Below, piece by piece: positions 1 to 28,618 of a stretch of 64,000 bases of DNA; position 1 is the stretch's first letter; the number at the start of each line of letters is the position of its first letter. Position numbers and translations under genes: made by a program. A model generated the notes under the pieces. It made no database searches, was not told the origin of the DNA, and saw only the letters and a list, made by a program, of their open reading frames with translations. The DNA is from Lingula anatina. Taxonomy: Eukaryota; Animalia; Brachiopoda. The stretch spans positions 27,286,401-27,350,400 of the forward strand of contig CM120641.1 in assembly GCA_051362555.1 (NCBI GenBank). The letters run 5' to 3'.

Positions 1-3000
1 ACATATAAACAAACACACCTCGCTTTCATACGCAAAACACATGCACGCACGAACACACACACACACACACATATAAACAAACGCATGACCATACCTGGTA
101 GTAAAATCATTGGGCCCTATGCATATTAAAACATACGCACACTTGAGATCAACTCCATTTTCTCTTCCCCATTCGTAGTCTCTTATGTAGGTGACTGGAA
201 CAATACTGTTTCATTGTCGCGAGTGGAAAAATTCCCATGGCCTACTTTAACACTTGTCCAACAAGAATTTCACACTCTTTTGGGAAGTTTATGGAAAAGG
301 TAACTGAAAAATCCGGGCCATAACCAGTGATTTCGTGTACCTACCTGAAATATATGATATGAAGACAATCCACGAAAGCAATGTGACTGGAAGACTTCTC
401 AAGACCTGACCTATTGATACGTCCATCTTTCTATTGTTGATGAAGTGCACCTCAAATACGTGCTAGTATATATATACTGTACACATATAAAAAGTCAAAC
501 AAAATTTGTTTAGATCAAGTCCTCATTCCGCTGCGTAGGACCACCTGTAGTAATTTTCAAAATGTTGACGGCAATCTTGATCCTAATATCCAGGCTGAAA
601 TGGAAACGATTTGGTAGTTATCAGTATAAACCTCCACCAAGTGCACCCTCCGTGGTCGACCGTTGAGTGCTTAATGTTAGAGTTAACTTAATGGTCGAAT
701 CCAGGTGAGTAGCGCCGTGACGTCATACAGGTGTGATGATTAATACGGCCTGGTATTCCCACAGGTAGTCACAATAAGTGGACTGCAGTCCGGGGAGTGA
801 CCGGAAACGATATTTGTCACTATAGGAAATGAGAAACAATGCGATCATCTTTTATGCTAGGTTTTTAATTGTTTGCTCTAAGTCACCTTGATGAGCAGGT
901 GATGAACGTTCTTTCGAATTTTAAAGTGAAACTGGATCAGAATAGTCTATATACAATTACACCAAAACATGGCCACCTCGGTCTTGTTTGAGTAAGCAAT
1001 TTTATTTGCTTGGCTTTGAGCTCTCACTTTAACGATTTGCATAGGTGTACAATGAAATATATTAGGCTTTTCCTGCCACGAGTGAGGTGACTTTCAGGTG
1101 AATTATGTTGTTGTTCTATGCAAATCTTTCGAAAAACAGTTCTGCATATTAATTAAGGTACATCTGCTAAACTACGGTAAAACAGATTATTTTTATTGTT
1201 CATTTATTGCACTATTCAGAATTTTTTTCACAAATCGAAGAAGGAAAAGATTGAATTAAAAGTACTTTGTGGTTAAATGTGGCCACACTTTTTAACTAAG
1301 CTCTCTGGACGTACGGATATCTATCTCCTTCCCATTTACATAAGACTTAGGTAGGTCTAGACTGAACTACGTGACCTGTGAAAAATCGGTCAACAGGGCG
1401 ACACTTGTTTGTCGGGCACGGGTTTGATGCTTTTTCTTGTGCCATTTAGTGATCACATTGTAATTAAAAAATCGAGGATTTTAAACGTGCTTTAGTTACA
1501 TCCAATCAAAATTTAGAAGTTGGTTTGAAAAGTAAAACGCGGCACAATGCTTGTTGAATTGAAAAATAAAAACAAGAAAGAAAGAAATAAGTATATACGT
1601 GTATTAAATTACTACCACATTAAGTCTGTCGAACTTTTTGAACGGCTAGCTAACAGTACGTGTATCATTTCCTTGCTGTTGTCAACGCTGATTGGACCAA
1701 TACCCTTATACAGTGTATATGGTCTGCAACTTTTGACGCCAGCACGCGCGCAAAACCGAGTTGCACAAAACCCAACTCATCGCATTATCCATTTCCATGG
1801 TCGAAACAGATGGGCCACTTATTGGAGAGATGACATAATAGTCTTTGAATGCTTCAGCACCTCTCATGGTTGTTACATAGCTAAAGAACCTTATCTTTCA
1901 CACAAGGTACAAAAAATAGCGCTTTCGAAGGATGACAACACAATGAGTATGAAATTCACTTTTATTAAGACAGCGCAACGTGTGCAACGTACGTGACTTA
2001 CTACTGCATTAGCAGCTTATAAAAAGCAGCGGTGTAGAAGTGACTTGTACACCATACAACCCACTTTACTCGCTGGGTAATTACAATACAGGAATGGGGA
2101 GTGATTTATATACGCAACGGTGAAAACTCATCCAAAATCATTCAAATATTTTTCATAAAATATAGTTCTCATCTCTTTGTCACAACACATCGTGTGTTCT
2201 CTTGAAGAAACAAAAATTCACAGATTAATCCATATTTATATTTCATAAACCAAGCAAATCACACATTTCTTTTTCTTTTCTAAGAATATTATGTCATTAC
2301 ATGATCTAAAGAAGATTATTCATTTAATTTCATTAATCAAAATTAAGTTATTTAACAAAAGGACCACCACTTAACTGACATGCACTTACACAATATAGCA
2401 AGTATATATTTGAAAAAAAAATCATATTTACACACAAGTTATGCACTTATGTCTACAACAAATTACTGTACAAAGCAAATGTATAGCTACTTGTATATCA
2501 TATTCTACTTTACAAAACATATTTCCCCACCCATAAGTCTCCAATTAGCACATCTAACAAGCTTGATGGGATTTAATGGCATGCAACAGCAAAAACAATT
2601 TCTTACATATAACTAGCTCACCATTGATAGATCCAACATCATTCTACGCATTGTTATAAATATATATCATTTTCTGGATGTGGAATCCTTAATCTATTTA
2701 ACGGGTACAAATGTACCTACACTATAACTTAAAGACCTACTCAGTCGCTTGTAAAAAAGTTATTTGGTCCCTTCATTGGAAGGTCATTAGAAGGCACTTT
2801 CAGAACCACACCAACCAGAACGAGAAATATTTGAAACAAAATTAGCCCATAGGACTCCAAAGCTATCCCATCATGCCTTGGGAATTTTAATTTCTATTTC
2901 AAGTTGGTAATTTGTCTGCTGGCATCAACACTACTATTTCTGGTTGTAGGCAAGTACAGTTCTGATTGCCCCTTCATCACCACCAGGAATATCACTGCAA

Positions 3001-4104
3001 CCATTTCAAATATTACTGGTATGTAAAGACACGGTCTGTTACGTGCATAGATTTACCATACCTCACTTCATATTAACAAACTCGATACAAATCATGAAAC
3101 AGATTTTATGGCAAAAATGTTAGAAATAGTGTAATGATGATTATCTCATTTTATGATATTATGTCAACACATTGTATAGTGATGAATTTCTCATTTTATG
3201 ATACTATGTCAACACTTTTTAGGTACAACCAACACTTCCTTTGTCTTCAAACTGGTCCCGTAGACACCAAGTTAATAGTCTTTTGTCTTATGATTAGTTT
3301 CATATGTTTCTGAACAAATTTTTTTTGGGAAGATTCATTTTCTTTTGGGTTTCTTGTCAGATTCACAAATTGACAAAGCAGAAAAAAATCTGCTCATTAA
3401 ATGAGGTTACTTCCTCTACACAGATGGCATGCTTTATTCAGGAACTTGAGTCTTTTGGATTGGAGAACTACACAGCATTTTAAAATGATATTTCTTGTGC
3501 AGATTCAAGTTCAAGACAATTGAAATCAAGACATATCCGTGTCTGGGGTAATGCCTGAAATTTAGGTAATATGAAAAGAAAACGCCTTAATTTTGCATAC
3601 TCATAGGTTCATGTAAAGTAACAAAAGTTCATGTAAGAGATGGTGTTTGAAAATCTAACATTGATAGTTCTGAATCTTTTGACTGTGCCATATCCAACCT
3701 AATTTGCATATTGGCAATACAGATTTTTGAAGAAAAAAAGTAATGGCACTGTTCAAAAATTAAAAGCTTATGAAGAACAGGTTTTATTTAATAAGCAAAA
3801 ACATAACCTTTTCAAAATACCTGGTTCAACCTAGCCATAACCCCTATATTACCACAGGTTTTAAAAAGATGACATCAACTCCCGCGTTAAGTAACCAAAT
3901 TCTTCATAAAATAGTATTGCAGTTTGTAAAAACGAGTCAATCCAATCATAATATCCAGAGTGAAAAAAGCATCATAATGAAACTCCTTTCAAAATAAGGC
4001 ATTTTACTTTTTTTCTATAATTATCATAAAAAAAGTTAAGGTATTCTTGTGAGATCTCTTCTCTGCCGTCAGCACTGCCAGCAGGGTCTTGTTACGGGAG
4101 TTGT

Positions 4105-19842
<15,738 letters not shown>

Positions 19843-20852
19843 CTTTCTGCATCTAAACACCTTCAATCTGAAAAAGAAAGCCTTTTATGACCAGAGAATG
19901 CTTAGTTACATGTTATTGCAGTGTGATCCATCAGAACTCACAGTGTAGTTGATTCAGAAGAAATGACACTGTTAAATATTAGAGGATTATACTTTGAGTG
20001 TTAATGACTATTTGGTGGGAATTGAAACTATCGTAAGAAAATTTTAACATTTCAGGTTACTATAGAACACTTCCAAAAATGTATTTGTCAGATCAATGCA
20101 TACAATTTCTTCATGCTGACAACACAACCGTATATTGATATATGCATACAATTCATGTATCACATTATAACATTTTGTCATTCTAATACTACTTCTTAGT
20201 TGTGAGCATATTTTGTGTACTACAACATGTTGATTATAAACTTTAGACCAAATATCTGCTCTCAATTACAAGTCACATTTTGACAATTAAAATGAAGCAT
20301 GTAACCCCTATACAAAATTGAGCACTAAATCCCTAACTTTGCATTATTCTTTTTACAACTTTTACACACTAAAATACCACTGCGTTGCTTAACATAACTT
20401 TTAAAAAAAGTACTGTGCATACTAATAAACTGTAATAACCCACAAAGACATCAAGAAACCCCAGGGGTGTGTCACAAAAATGCATTAGTAGATTTCAATT
20501 AAGTAGCGTTTGAAAAAGAACTCTACTACTGTACTATATATTCGATATTAAAATGCAATAATATTTATGGACAAATCCGATCGAAGCTTTTTAAAAGGCA
20601 GTGAAGACGCGCTTGTTTATATACTAAGCCACAGGCAATAATGTTCACTTGGTGGTACAGGGCTATATATTAAGTGTCCACCTTCCTGAATATGAATGAT
20701 GGTGACAACAACCCCCGTCAACATGTTGGTGAAATGCAAACTTGAAAACTTTTACTGCCGATCTAAGACCGAAACAACGCCACGGTTAATATAATTTCAG
20801 CTAACCATAATTTACACGGTTTATTCGATGCTTAACAAACAATTTAGCTCAC

Positions 20853-21150
20853 CTTGCAGTTGATTTACACACCTTCCACAAGCGCACCTGCCAATAATCA
20901 ATTTCAAACTCTTTTGTAAGGGCCCCTCTGATTGGTCGATATTCACTTCCGCCAGTTTGCAGTATTTTTTAAGTTATCGTAATACGAAGAGGCACCGATC
21001 AGATTAAAATAGTGTGCCGGTTATTATTATATGTAAACTGAAATGTTACATCTGTGGATCGCAGGCACTATTTGGTAAAGTCGGATTTATATGTCGCAAA
21101 TTTTAGTTGGCGTCCACCTACGCACGCCACCTTTTGGCAAGAATGTAAAG
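20853..21150 (-). promoter_or_regulatory. Probable non-coding first exon and promoter of the MAGUK gene
   Basis: Donor AAG|gtgagc at 20852, locally raised CpG content, CCAAT box (ctctgattggtcg, ~20925-20938) and ETS-like CGGAAGTG (cacttccg, ~20944) just upstream. Confidence 0.5.
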
Positions 21151-22216
21151 TATTTTCCTAACATTACCATAGCTAACATCAACCAATGGCCTGCTGATCT
21201 ATTCAACTCGACGAAAAACTAAGTGTTTTAGAAGACAATGGAGACATGGAGTCCCAACTATCAGTTTTGGTCTTTTGATCTCAAAAGCAAAATACATATT
21301 TTTAAATGAAAAAATCTGCCATTCACGGTTGATACCTTAAAATGAATAATTAAAATAAAAAAGTTATTGAAAATCACTTGTTTATAATCTCTACTTCTTA
21401 ATTTACTAAATGATTGTTTTTATTCCTTTGAAAAGGCAAAAATGCATTCACAAAGGCAGTATCTTGTCTCCCTTACCTTAATGGTCAAGCTACACACACA
21501 CATACAAAAATAAATCAATAATAATAATAAATTATGATTAAAATAAAACTAAACTTCTAGATAACTGTAAATGTTCACTCAATATAAACTCAAAGTGCTC
21601 ACTCAATATACACTCAAAGAGAGGGAAACAAAAGTTTAAAGATAGAATTATACATTTTATTTCAACATGTTAATATGTCTTTGACTTCTATATCAACAAG
21701 TAACATAGTCAACAGATCAATTTTAGTATGCATTAGAAATAAATATTCTAAAACAAACTACAGATCAAATATTTAGGAGAGTCTTATTAACTTATGTTAA
21801 TTAATAAAGAATCAGTCATTTTTGTCATCAGATCTACAAATTTATTGTATCCACTATAACTGTTAACCACACCCATCCCTGACATTTTTATGTATGGCAG
21901 ATGATTTTCAAGAACAAAATGAACAGAAAAGAAAAAAAAAATCAGTTTCAGACATCTGTTCAGTTTCCTCCTAGATATATGGATAATAATTTTCAAGGCT
22001 TTACAGTCAGTCCTTAAAATATTTCAGAATGCAGCTCACTGACCATAACATGTACTTTAGAATTATTAAATAGACAATTGGAGTAATACCAATTTAGTTA
22101 CAATAAAATATCACATTACTTGGCCATAAGTACTGGTTTATCTATAAATATAAATTAAATTTAATTATACATACTAATAACTAAGACTGATCTACTGTTG
22201 CGTTTCAATATAAATA

Positions 22217-22393
22217 CAGACCTGCAGCCAGTATGGGAGTAGCATCTTTTTTTTCCCCGAAAAAAGTAGACCTTACGCCCCCCAGACCCCCAATTGACCA
22301 AACTTGACAAATAGCAGAGAAATTATAAGAATAGCCTTTTCTGAGGAAAAATGAAGTTCTTTCAAATCCTCTAACCCCCTGTCTACAGACCTG
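22217..22393. mobile_element. Degenerate MITE related in termini to the 5609 element, in the putative ORP 3'UTR
   Basis: Termini cagacctgcagcca / tgtctacagacctg (10/14); flanks aaata / aagta. Confidence 0.45.
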
Positions 22394-22546
22394 AAGTATG
22401 TGAGCCAGTGCAGATGTACAGTGTAGATGTTTGATGTTGGTTTGGTTCAGCAGTCTGGCTTTTATTCGTAAATCATATAATAAGTGTTAAATAATATGGT
22501 AAAATATTATGCCCTGCCAAAACAGATTTAAATTTAATAAGCTTAA

Positions 22547-22884
22547 AGGGATAATAACTCTTTGTATGAGATCTATATTTCACAACAAAAACATTGTGAA
22601 TAACTCATAGAAATATATTATATTCTGTTTTACCAAAAAAACGGCAGTTATAGCTATTATTCTGATATCTGAGCTCGTCTTTAGACCACGTGACCTCCAT
22701 TGATGGCTATACTCTGTTAAAATCTCTTAAGAGATTTTAACAAAAAACCAAACCTTTTAGAAAAAAACCAGGGACTAAATTTGAATGTAAAAATGGATTC
22801 ATTAACCACTGGTAAGTATTGGAAAATTGTTGTTTACTCCAGGAAAAAAATTTTTTTTGCCCGAAACGAAGAGTTATTATCCCT
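22547..22884. mobile_element. Non-autonomous TTAA-target element (Kolobok-like), 338 bp
   Basis: Perfect 16-bp TIR agggataataactctt / aagagttattatccct, TTAA at 22543-46 and 22885-88. AGG termini fit Kolobok better than piggyBac (CCC). Confidence 0.85.
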
Positions 22885-23754
22885 TTAAGAGTCCTTCAAA
22901 CACACAAACCCCACCCTTTGATTTTATATTAAGTAACTCTTAATTACTTGTTTAAGTTCTAGAACATCTAGAAATTAAGTTTAAATCTAATGACTTAGAA
23001 TGATCTAAATCATATTGCACCTCTTTTATTAAAAGTTCATAAAAGTTGTTCAATATTCAAAACTGTTCTGTCAAATTGTTTCAACTAGCAATCTAAACAG
23101 AGGGTCAACTATATGTAATCAGTACTATTCCATTTATGGCACACAGAATCAGCACAAACATATTGGAATCTTTCTAGTGTGAAAACAGTATTAATAGTAT
23201 TTGTACCTTTTTAGTGCATTTCTCTGGAGTTGCACGGTCATTTCAAGCACTCATTTTAATTCAATTTACCCCAGCATTCAATATCATTTTTAAAATGCAT
23301 TTGCCAATTTTTGCTCCATTATATTAAATATATATAAATTTTAACTACTAAAAAGTGTCACCTTTATAAGAACAACTAGCAAAACTTGACCACAAAGTTT
23401 GTGCATCCCTATAATGAAATACCTTAAATATATTAAAGAAAAAAAAAAAAAACATCTAGATCTTCGTTGCACACATTTCAGTGATAAGGTAAATAAATGG
23501 AATTTTGGCAAAAGAAAATTTCTGACCCATTCATAATCTAGAGCATCCAGAACATAGCATATTCTATCTCTGTGTAAAAAAGTGGTTAAATTCTCAACAC
23601 TACAAATTAACAGAAAGTTACTAATTATCATTATGTAAATTTAATAACTGGTATATTTGAAATGGATCACAATTTATTCAAGAAAACTGACTTTAAGCAC
23701 ACAGGGTGTCTTTTCAAATACTCATTTTCTCAGACCACAAAAATTTCATCCTAG

Positions 23755-25388
23755 CTACCACAGTTTTGGAAAGGTCATTTTGACAAATTCTTGGTTTTTC
23801 CTTGCATCCCAGTATTTCCCAGAAAAAACAAAGTGCTCAGAACCATCCTCTCCTCTTTCTCTCCTGTAAATTAATTTAAAAAATAGATAAATTTTATTTA
23901 TTAAAGATATTTCTGTATATTTCCAATTAATTCTACAAAGTGTCTGGCACTTTATTCTAGGGCAATGCTATTTCTAATAAATCCTTTTAAAAAAACTTAA
24001 AACAAAAATCAGATCATAGAGATAAACATCAAGGTAAATTGAAAGAAAAACATCTGCATACCTGAACCACATAGGCTCAGCTTTGATTCCTTCCGCTTCT
24101 CTTTGTTTACGACGATCTCTCTGTAGTTGTTCTACTCTCAATTTTTCTGTTTCTGCTTCTGCTATGTGTCCTTCTTCTAAAAGCCTGTAACAGATAAATG
24201 AATACAAATATTAAAAAAAAAACTGTTGACTGCACTGACTCAAAATTTTGATTTGATGGAAACATTTCTGAATCAACCATTTTTGTTAAACAAAACTTAT
24301 GCTCAAGAGAATAATTTCATCAACTGTGTTGTGTTATATAAGAATGAAGTTATTTTTTTTCCTCAACCAACAGCTAAATATTGAAATATCCCTCATGAAG
24401 ATGCTCTCACAGACATTGAAATATTGGAGGTAAACAATTTCAATATTTACCTATTGATTGAAGAAAAAAAAACTTTCAAATTATTCTTAAAACTAATGCT
24501 GGAGTGAGGCCTGAGAGTTCTTTAATACAAAACCAATGGCAAACTGTGCAACTTAGGCTCTGTTACTCAAAAACCTGCATAGCTACAGTGCACCCACATC
24601 TGACATGATAACAAAGTGGTATCAGTTTTTAAAGCAAAAAGACTTTACCTTTGGTCAGTTCTGAACCTGGTATCTGTGGGAGGCAGGACTGCTTTAAGGC
24701 TAGGATTTAGCTCATTTAACTCAATTGCAAACTTGGTAAAACCATAGTACAGTTCATAGTCATCTGGTAAAGCACCTGAAATAAAAAGTACTCCTGAGGG
24801 AATGTTCACATACATGTATCAAGTAGATGCTTCTTCCTGAAGCAGGAAGCAATCATGCCTTCATATTTTTCCAAGCCTTTAATATATTTTTTAGAATTAC
24901 AATAATTTTAATTAGGATATTTTAACATCCACCTTAAGTGGCAAAATAAAAATAATCAATATAATTAATTTAAGCTGGGTAAGTTAAAAAAATTATGCTT
25001 TCATGACAAGATGATCAACTTTCTACTGCAGGAAGATGTAAGAAGACAAAATAATTAAAAACCCAGGTAAGTTCAAGTCATTACATAATGCTTCTCATCA
25101 AGATATGCACACAATATTGGTAATATTGCAGTTTCTATCACAATATTTTCTTCATATCCACCATACCTGGTCTCCATATACATTTCACAGAGGGCGCTTT
25201 TCCACAGTACAAGCCCTCTGTCCATTTCCCAAACAGGTACTGCACAACTTTACCATCTTTGTCAGTAATGTTCCCATAAACTTCATTTTTCTTGTTGGAC
25301 CAGTATGAAGCCTGCAAATGAAACAGCAGATTTAGAGAAAATACACATTTTACAGGATTCAAGGCAACCCTACATCGCTGCAACTTGA

Positions 25389-25463
<75 letters not shown>

Positions 25464-28400
25464 ATTTCTACTTTAGTATAAGTTCTCATAGCATATTGAA
25501 TAGAGCAATGAAAGTGTCAACTATTACAGTATTATGACCTGCAGCCAATTTGTTTTTTCATGACGAATGAAAACTACATGCATGTATATACAAGTCTTTG
25601 TATCAAATCACCTTAGCAAAAGTCAGTTTGCAAGTGATGGACCCTGCAGTGATGACCATCTCTCCATATTGCTCAACCCATCTTTGGCCACTCAGAATAT
25701 TATGTATACATGAGGTCACTTTGTTCCATTGGTAATGGTCACCATACCTACACAATAGAAAAATGTCAACTTTCATTTCTGTTTGGAAAATATAAATTGA
25801 GAAGAGGTAAGCCGTTTGCACATTCAATTCTCTCTTACTGAATTTCTTCTTTTATATGTAAAAAGGTTTTACAGGTATGCCTTAAATGGTAGTAACATGT
25901 GGCCAAAAGTTAAAATTTTTTAACTGTACAATAAGTGAGAGTGTTACATGTGCATTATCATATTGGATAAAGAGCTTTACACTTCTACTCATCATGGACA
26001 AACTGAAAAATCTGACTAAAAAAGAGTCATCATCCTGTTTAAGTGTGTTCTTCTGTCTCCTGGTTTTTGATGTTAGTGTACAATCCTTTTTAGACAGGGA
26101 GAATATATTTTTGGAACATTTAATTATGAAAACCTGTAAATGACGATACAAATGAAATGCAGCACCTACTTTGGCAATACTAAATGCACTGTTCCTACAG
26201 GGTGGATTTCCATGGATCTTCCCCAAAACTTGTTTTTAATACGAGATTCTGAAATGAAACACAACAAACAATACAGTTCTTTTGCACCTTCTTGGTTCCT
26301 TTGTTTTTTTTAAACACCAAATCATAATTAAATTTGTATTTAACCATAAAGCAGTGTAACTATGTAGTAGTAAAAAGCATTCACCTGTGGTTCTTTTACT
26401 TGAACAAACCTACCTTGCCAAAATATAAAGTTCGGGGAATCACAGTGACATGCTGAGATTGGAGGATGATGACTGACCTAAGGAGAAAACAATTCAGAAA
26501 AAAATTATTCACTGAAAAAGTGTTCCAACAGTAAGTGATTGAAAAAAGGAAAAAAAAACTTCAGTAGACTGCATAAGTTAAATTATTTTTTATATCCAGC
26601 AAATCTTTGGAACATTTTTCTTTAGTTTTAGACATGCCACTAAATTGTGTGGGAATACAATTTACAGTGGTAGAGACCACTGTGTAAACTGGTCATGTAA
26701 TCCGATCAGTTGGCATAAAACATAAAACTGTAAGCTTAGTCTGATCTAGTCTGAAGTTCAATGACGATTATTAATATGAAATTTCCAGTAAATAAAACCA
26801 ATGCTGTGGTCCTTACAGTATTTACATACAACATTTCCTTTCTTTTAGAAATAAAAAATGTACATAACCACAAACCCCCAAAAATCATCTGAGCAAACAA
26901 GTTTCATAACACATCTGCAGTTTTTACCAAACAAATTAACGAGCTCTCAATTGTAAGTTAAATGATTGCTAGTCAATTTGGCCAGGCAGCAAGGGTTTTC
27001 CCAGCAAACCATGCAGCCGTCTGGACAGCCACAAGCATCACTGGACAGCCTATATTTTCAAAGACAGCTGGATGGCTTAGAGATTTTTTGGAAATATGAT
27101 GGCTTTAGGCATACTTGGACTCCCTAAAATTTTGTTGGAAATTACAGGGGGTAATTTTGGACGGTCTGTACCCCAACCCTTAGAAAAGCCCAGCCAGGCA
27201 GGAACTTACCTGCTCTGCAATGAACTTCCATCCCTTGTCTTCTCTAACGCATTCATATGTCTCTCCCAGCAGAGGGTTGAAAGGTTTCTGTCCTGCCCTG
27301 CAGGAGGATGAGGCATATGCGCTAACAGCAAATGCAGCCACATAAACCTGGGCAGGTACACATCATATTGTTAAAATATCAAATAAGCAATAGATGTCTA
27401 AGAAAAGTGTAAGAAGAAAGTCTAACAGTGAAAAAAAAAAAAACTTGCAAAATGCAAAGCATTCTTGCAACAAAATTAATTGATGGATTATTAAAATCAC
27501 TATTTAGAAAAAAAAAACTGAATGATCAATTTTTCTTTAATGTTTAGTGTAAAGAATTTCAATTCCATTACACACTTAATCATTATTTGTTTATTATCAT
27601 TATTTACATTATTTAAAGTTAATAAGTTAAGCTTTATGCATGTTAGAACAACCTACAGAACCTACCATTCTATCAATTGGATCATCAGTCTGTGCAGCCT
27701 TGTCCACAAGCTCACTATACTCCAACTCTTCACACAGCCACTGAAATTGGAGCAAAACCATGCCCGTAAAATGCCATGATCCCATCTGACACTACAATTA
27801 TGTGCTTGTAATTATGTCCAGGCATAAGTTTTATCATTTTTGCCAGAGCCGTGTAAATAATCTCCACTCTAACATCGACAAAAATTCCTACAAAGTACCG
27901 CTCTAAAATTTTATCCATGTTTTTGAAATCCGTAATGCTGAAAGCAAATGTCAAGACCCACTGCTCTATGCTGATATTTAATGAAAATTTCAGGAAATTG
28001 GTTCTAACTGAAAGAGCATTCAGTTGACTATGGCTGAACCCACCTGTAGTATATTAAGAGGTTCATTGAGGGTGACTGGCATTGAGATTTTGGACAAGTC
28101 CTTGCCAATATTTTTGCATAAGAGATTCCACAAATTGAGGTCTCCAGCGTCTGTTTTGGGAGCAGGCAGTTTTTCTCGATGGCCAGTTGCTTTGGCAAGG
28201 TCTATGTCTGGAATAGTAATTCATTATGTTATGTATTAAATTTATGTTTATCACATACAGATGTATTTGATCTCTAAAAATAACTCTAAAAGCATAATAT
28301 TTTACAACATAACCTGATAATCCATTCAATAACCTTTTAATCATTACCTACTAGTAGTAGTGTTCATTGAAATTCTATATCATATTAAATTCTTTTTTTA

Positions 28401-28586
28401 ACATTGCAAGCATATTTATCTTCAGCATTAAACTGAACTAATCCAACAACAAAAAGAAACTCATATTTGCAATACTGTACTGAGGGCAGAACATTATCTA
28501 CAAAAACTGCCACACTGGTCAGACTTAAGACCTCTCTTAGCCATATGGGTCAAATAATGATGTAATTTAAAATTTCTCCTTCTTTA

Positions 28587-28618
<32 letters not shown>

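Noticed and set aside
95-344. Possible minus-strand exon (tttcag..CCAG|gtatgg) of a further gene
   Set aside because: Stops in the frames examined and no recognisable protein; could be UTR but cannot be supported.
1547-1996. 149-aa plus-strand ORF
   Set aside because: No recognisable domain or splice context; likely a chance ORF.
20900-21700. Gasdermin gene between MPP and OSBPL, as in human 7p15
   Set aside because: The interval is under 1 kb with no coding signal.
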